A stretch of 63,229 bases of DNA, counting the filler, from Candidatus Aminicenantales bacterium (lineage in GTDB: Bacteria > Acidobacteriota > Aminicenantia > Aminicenantales > Saccharicenantaceae): NCBI GenBank assembly GCA_049512315.1. It is 6 parts of 6 records of this genome, joined end to end, with 100 filler letters (N's around TTAATTAATTAA, not from the genome) between each part and the next. Parts side by side here need not be neighbours in the genome. Positions count along the whole stretch, not along the records: positions 58,453 to 63,229 come from JBEKXF010000069.1; 5 more parts are not named here. One strand, given 5' to 3'. Positions 59,782-63,229 of this stretch are shown here, piece after piece. The notes under the pieces are model-generated. The model searched no databases and had not been told where the DNA came from. It saw only the letters and a list, made by a program, of their open reading frames with translations. The first letter of the stretch is position 1. Every line of letters starts with the position of its first letter. The position numbers were made by a program, and so were the translations under genes.

Positions 59782-60255
59782 ATGAACTATATGGCGCGCC
59801 TGTCCCGGGTCTCGTCCCACGTCATGACGCTGACGGGCTTCTTCCACGGCATCTTCCGCAGGGGACGGCCCTTGCCGACGGAGGTCCGGACCAACGTCGT
59901 CCGCCACCGCATCCTCAAATGCCTCGAGCGGGGCGGGCCGCACAATCTGACGGGGGTCTCGGCCACGCTGGGCGTCAAGAAGAACACACTCTCCGAGCTC
60001 CTGGACCGGATGGTCCGGGACGGCCTGGTGGCCCGGGAGCTCTCCCCGGACGACCGGAGGGTGGTCCGGCTCCGGATCACGCAAGCAGGAAAGTCCGCCA
60101 TTCAGGAATTCGAGAAGTCCCTGATGGACAACATCGGCCAATACCTGAAGGGCCTCGACGCCGAGGACCGCCGGGACCTGGTCACGGCCATGGAATCCCT
60201 GACCCGGATCCTCGAGCGGCACGAGAGGACCACCGGAACCCAGTTCCCTCTTTGA
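59782..60255 (+). CDS. MarR family transcriptional regulator
   Basis: LDRMVRDGLV.R..DDRR..ITQAG. Confidence 0.9.
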   Translation: MNYMARLSRVSSHVMTLTGFFHGIFRRGRPLPTEVRTNVVRHRILKCLERGGPHNLTGVSATLGVKKNTLSELLDRMVRDGLVARELSPDDRRVVRLRITQAGKSAIQEFEKSLMDNIGQYLKGLDAEDRRDLVTAMESLTRILERHERTTGTQFPL

Positions 60256-60280
60256 ACAGGTCGTCCCAAGGAGCGCACCC

Positions 60281-61588
60281 ATGACACATTTCCGCAAGCT
60301 CACAGCTACGGTGTTCCTGCTGTCGTCGGTATTGGCGGCGGGACTCCCCGCCCAGGAGCGGATGACCCTGCAGCAGTTCATCGACGAGGCCGTCCGGAAC
60401 AGCCCCTCGGTCCGGATCGCCGGGGAGGCCGTGTCCGGGGCCGAATTCAAGGTCCGCGAGGCGAAGAGCCTCTCCCTGCCGCAGGTGAGCCTCGCTTCGT
60501 CCTATACCCGGATCAGCCTGCTCAGCGAGATCGACATCCCCGGCATGGGCCACTTCAAGTTCAGCACGCCGGACAACCTGAGCTTCCGGATCGGCGCGGC
60601 CGAGCAGGTCTTCACCTGGGGCCGGATCGCGAAGTCCGTCGAGGCGAACCGGATCGGCGTGACCCTCGCCGAGGACGGCGTCGCCATGACCCGGCAGGCG
60701 CTCGCCTTCGAGCTCGTGCCCGTCTTCTACGGCGTCCTCTTCACCCGCGAGGCGGTCAAGGTCGTCGACCAGACCCTCGACCTCCTGGGCAAGAAGCTGG
60801 CGACGCTCGAGGAGCGCTACAAGGCCGGCCTGGCCTCGGACTTCGACATCTCCCTCATCAAGGTCCAGATGGGCGGGCTCGAGGCCCAGAAGCTCGATTT
60901 CGAGAACAACGTCCGGAAGATGTTCCTGGCCTACAACCGCGTCGCCGGCCGGCCCATGGAGGCGACCTTCGAGCCCGTCGGCGAGCTCAAGCTCGAGCCC
61001 GTCGCGGCCGACGCCCGGGCCCTGACCGCCGAGGCCGTCGCGAACCGGCCCGAGGCGAAGCTCGTCGCCGACCAGCGCCGTCTCGTCCAGACCCAGATGG
61101 CCCTGGCCCGGACGGGCGACAAGCCGAGCGTCGTCGCCGCCTTCAACTACCAGCTCCAGAACGGCTTCCTGCCGAGCGTCAACAGGATCAAGGGCTACTG
61201 GAACGCCACACTGGGCGTCTCCTACCCGGTCTTCGACGGCCGGCGCACGGGGGCCCAGGTGGCGCAGACCCAGGTCGCCCTCCGCACGGTCGAGGAGCAG
61301 GCGGCGGATGTCGAGCGGGGCTTTGAGCTCGAGATCCGCCAGACGCTCGCCGACCTCAAGACCCTGGAGCTGAAGATCGAGATCGAGAAGACCAAGATCG
61401 CCCACGCCGAGCGGGCCCTCCAGATCGCCGACGAACGCTACCAGAACGGCCTCATCAGCACGACCGACCTCGTCGAGGCCCAGGATTCGCTCGACTCCGC
61501 CCGGCTGAACTACCTTCAGCTCATCACCAGCCACATCCTCGGCCGGTACAACCTGCTCCGGGCGGCCGGCCGGACCATCCATTCCTGA
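60281..61588 (+). CDS. TolC family outer membrane efflux protein
   Basis: Signal peptide; RYKAGL, NRPE, PVFDG, RYQNGL. Confidence 0.93.
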   Translation: MTHFRKLTATVFLLSSVLAAGLPAQERMTLQQFIDEAVRNSPSVRIAGEAVSGAEFKVREAKSLSLPQVSLASSYTRISLLSEIDIPGMGHFKFSTPDNLSFRIGAAEQVFTWGRIAKSVEANRIGVTLAEDGVAMTRQALAFELVPVFYGVLFTREAVKVVDQTLDLLGKKLATLEERYKAGLASDFDISLIKVQMGGLEAQKLDFENNVRKMFLAYNRVAGRPMEATFEPVGELKLEPVAADARALTAEAVANRPEAKLVADQRRLVQTQMALARTGDKPSVVAAFNYQLQNGFLPSVNRIKGYWNATLGVSYPVFDGRRTGAQVAQTQVALRTVEEQAADVERGFELEIRQTLADLKTLELKIEIEKTKIAHAERALQIADERYQNGLISTTDLVEAQDSLDSARLNYLQLITSHILGRYNLLRAAGRTIHS

Positions 61589-61598
61589 GGAGGATCCC

Positions 61599-62498
61599 GT
61601 GACCAAGAAGATCATCGCCATCCTGGTGACGGTCGCCGTCGTCGGCTTCATCGGCTACCGCGCCTCCGTGAACTATAAGGCCAAGAAGGCCGCCGAGAAC
61701 AAACCCGTTCCCGAAAAGATCGTCCCGGTCCAGACGACCATGGCCAAGACGCGGCCGTTCGTCGACACCGTCAAAGCCTCGGGCAGTATCCAGGCCGATT
61801 CCGAAGTGACCCTCTATTCGAAAGTCCCGGGCAAGATCGTCACGAACAACGTCCGGATGGGGAGTGCCGTGACACCCGGCATGACCGTGGCCGTGGTCAA
61901 CCGCGACGAGGTCGGCTACCAGTTCAACGCTTACGAGGTCAAGAGCGACGTCAAGGGCGTCGTCTCCCGCGTCCTCCAGAACCCCGGCGCTCTCGTCGGC
62001 CCCATCACGCCCCTGATGACCCTGGTCGATATCGATGTCGTCAAGGCCGTGGCCGCGGTCGATGAGCTCAAGATCCGGTTCGTCCGGCTGGGCCAGGCGG
62101 CGAAGGTCCGGCTCCAGGCCTACCCCGGCGAGGTCTTCGGCGCGCGGGTGACGAACATCAGCCCGGTCTCGAACCCCGCGACGCGGACGATCGAGGTCGA
62201 GGTCAGCATCCCCAATGCCAGCCACCGGGTCAAGCCCGGGATGTATGCCGAGGCCGAGTTCGAGCAGGGCCGGCATGACGGCCTGGTCCTGCCGATCGTC
62301 TCCGTCGTCGAGCGGGCGGGCCGGAAATACGTTTTCGTTGCCGCGAACGGAAAGGCCGTGATGAAGGAAGTCACGACCGGGGCCGTGGCTGGCGACCTGA
62401 TCGAGATCACCTCCGGCATCGACGGGACCGAGACGATCGTGACGGCCGGGGCCGACAAGCTCGAAACGAACGACCGGATCAACGTCGTTAAGTCCTGA
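61599..62498 (+). CDS. RND efflux periplasmic adaptor subunit
   Basis: N-terminal TM; ISPV..ATRT, KPGMYA. Confidence 0.93.
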   Translation: MTKKIIAILVTVAVVGFIGYRASVNYKAKKAAENKPVPEKIVPVQTTMAKTRPFVDTVKASGSIQADSEVTLYSKVPGKIVTNNVRMGSAVTPGMTVAVVNRDEVGYQFNAYEVKSDVKGVVSRVLQNPGALVGPITPLMTLVDIDVVKAVAAVDELKIRFVRLGQAAKVRLQAYPGEVFGARVTNISPVSNPATRTIEVEVSIPNASHRVKPGMYAEAEFEQGRHDGLVLPIVSVVERAGRKYVFVAANGKAVMKEVTTGAVAGDLIEITSGIDGTETIVTAGADKLETNDRINVVKS

Positions 62499-62531
62499 CG
62501 CGGCCGGCCCCGCGTCCGCCAAGGAGCGCAC

Positions 62532-63229
62532 ATGAGGATCGCAGATATTTCCATCAAGCAGCCCGTCTTCATCACGATGGTCATCGCCATGATCGTCGTG
62601 CTCGGCCTGGTGTCCTACACCCGGCTGGGCGTGGACCTGATGCCCGACGTCACGCTCCCGATCGTCGCCGTCTCCACCCCGTATCCCGGCGTCGGGCCGG
62701 AGGAGGTCGAGCAGCAGGTCACCAAGCCCATCGAGGACGTCCTGAGCTCGATCAACGGACTCGACAAGCTGAGCTCGACTTCGTCGGAGGGCGTGTCGGT
62801 CATCGTCGCCCAGTTCAAGCTCGAGAAGGACGCCGAACAGGCGGCCAACGAATGCCGCGACAAGATCTCGACGATCCGAGGGAGCCTGCCCCGGGATATC
62901 CTCGAGCCGATCATCGACAAGTTCGACGCCTCGGCCGCGCCGATCCTCTCCTACGGGATCATCAGCCGGAACGCGCGGCTGAACACGGTGGACCTCCGGC
63001 GGCTCGTCGACGACGAGATCAAGCCGCTCGTCGAGCGGGTGGACGGGGTCGGCCAGGTCAGCATCGTGGGCGGCCTCGAGCGCGAGATCAAGGTCAAGGT
63101 CGACAATGACAAGCTGACGCTCTTCAACCTGTCGCTGGCCCAGGTCGGCCAGGCCATCCGGTCCGAAAACCTGAACCTCCCGGCCGGCCGCATCACCCAG
63201 CAGAACTACGACTTCCTGATCCGGACCAA
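62532..63229 (+). CDS. RND efflux permease (AcrB/AcrD/AcrF family), runs off window
   Basis: Manual translation MRIADISIKQPVF..LGVDLMPDV..YPGVGPEEVEQQVTKPIED..SSEG; AAGGAG RBS. Confidence 0.95.
   Translation, partial: MRIADISIKQPVFITMVIAMIVVLGLVSYTRLGVDLMPDVTLPIVAVSTPYPGVGPEEVEQQVTKPIEDVLSSINGLDKLSSTSSEGVSVIVAQFKLEKDAEQAANECRDKISTIRGSLPRDILEPIIDKFDASAAPILSYGIISRNARLNTVDLRRLVDDEIKPLVERVDGVGQVSIVGGLEREIKVKVDNDKLTLFNLSLAQVGQAIRSENLNLPAGRITQQNYDFLIRT

Noticed and set aside
59782..63229. MarR-TolC-MFP-RND operon as a novelty
   Set aside because: Standard efflux architecture.

Overview
The window is not one locus. It is six contigs joined by artificial N44-TTAATTAATTAA-N44 spacers (11679-11778, 22027-22126, 39594-39693, 48997-49096, 58353-58452), so adjacency across spacers means nothing. 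The DNA is from a GC-rich diderm bacterium. Gene style suggests Candidatus Aminicenantes/Acidobacteriota, but this is inference only. Ordinary content: cytochrome c biogenesis system II, an ECF sigma factor, CAZymes (GH5, two GH29, GH27, a clan GH-A enzyme), peptidases, galK, 5'-nucleotidase, D-aminoacylase and a MarR-TolC-RND efflux operon. Accessory stretches are dense with mobile-element scars: five tRNA 3' fragments (att remnants), about a dozen ends of one IS3-like element, four ~106-bp IS91-like ends, one intact IS481, decayed IS3/IS91/IS110 copies and a lone terminase gene. Best candidates for something new: (1) a divergent cluster controlled by Pho-box-like repeats (PHP phosphoesterase + arsC / two glycolipid-type glycosyltransferases + Pit) that looks like a PlcP-independent phosphate-starvation lipid-remodelling module; (2) orphan transposon ends carrying outward-facing promoters placed in front of cargo genes; (3) a zinc anti-sigma factor fused to a TonB-like protein. 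All family assignments come from motif recognition by eye; no searches were run.
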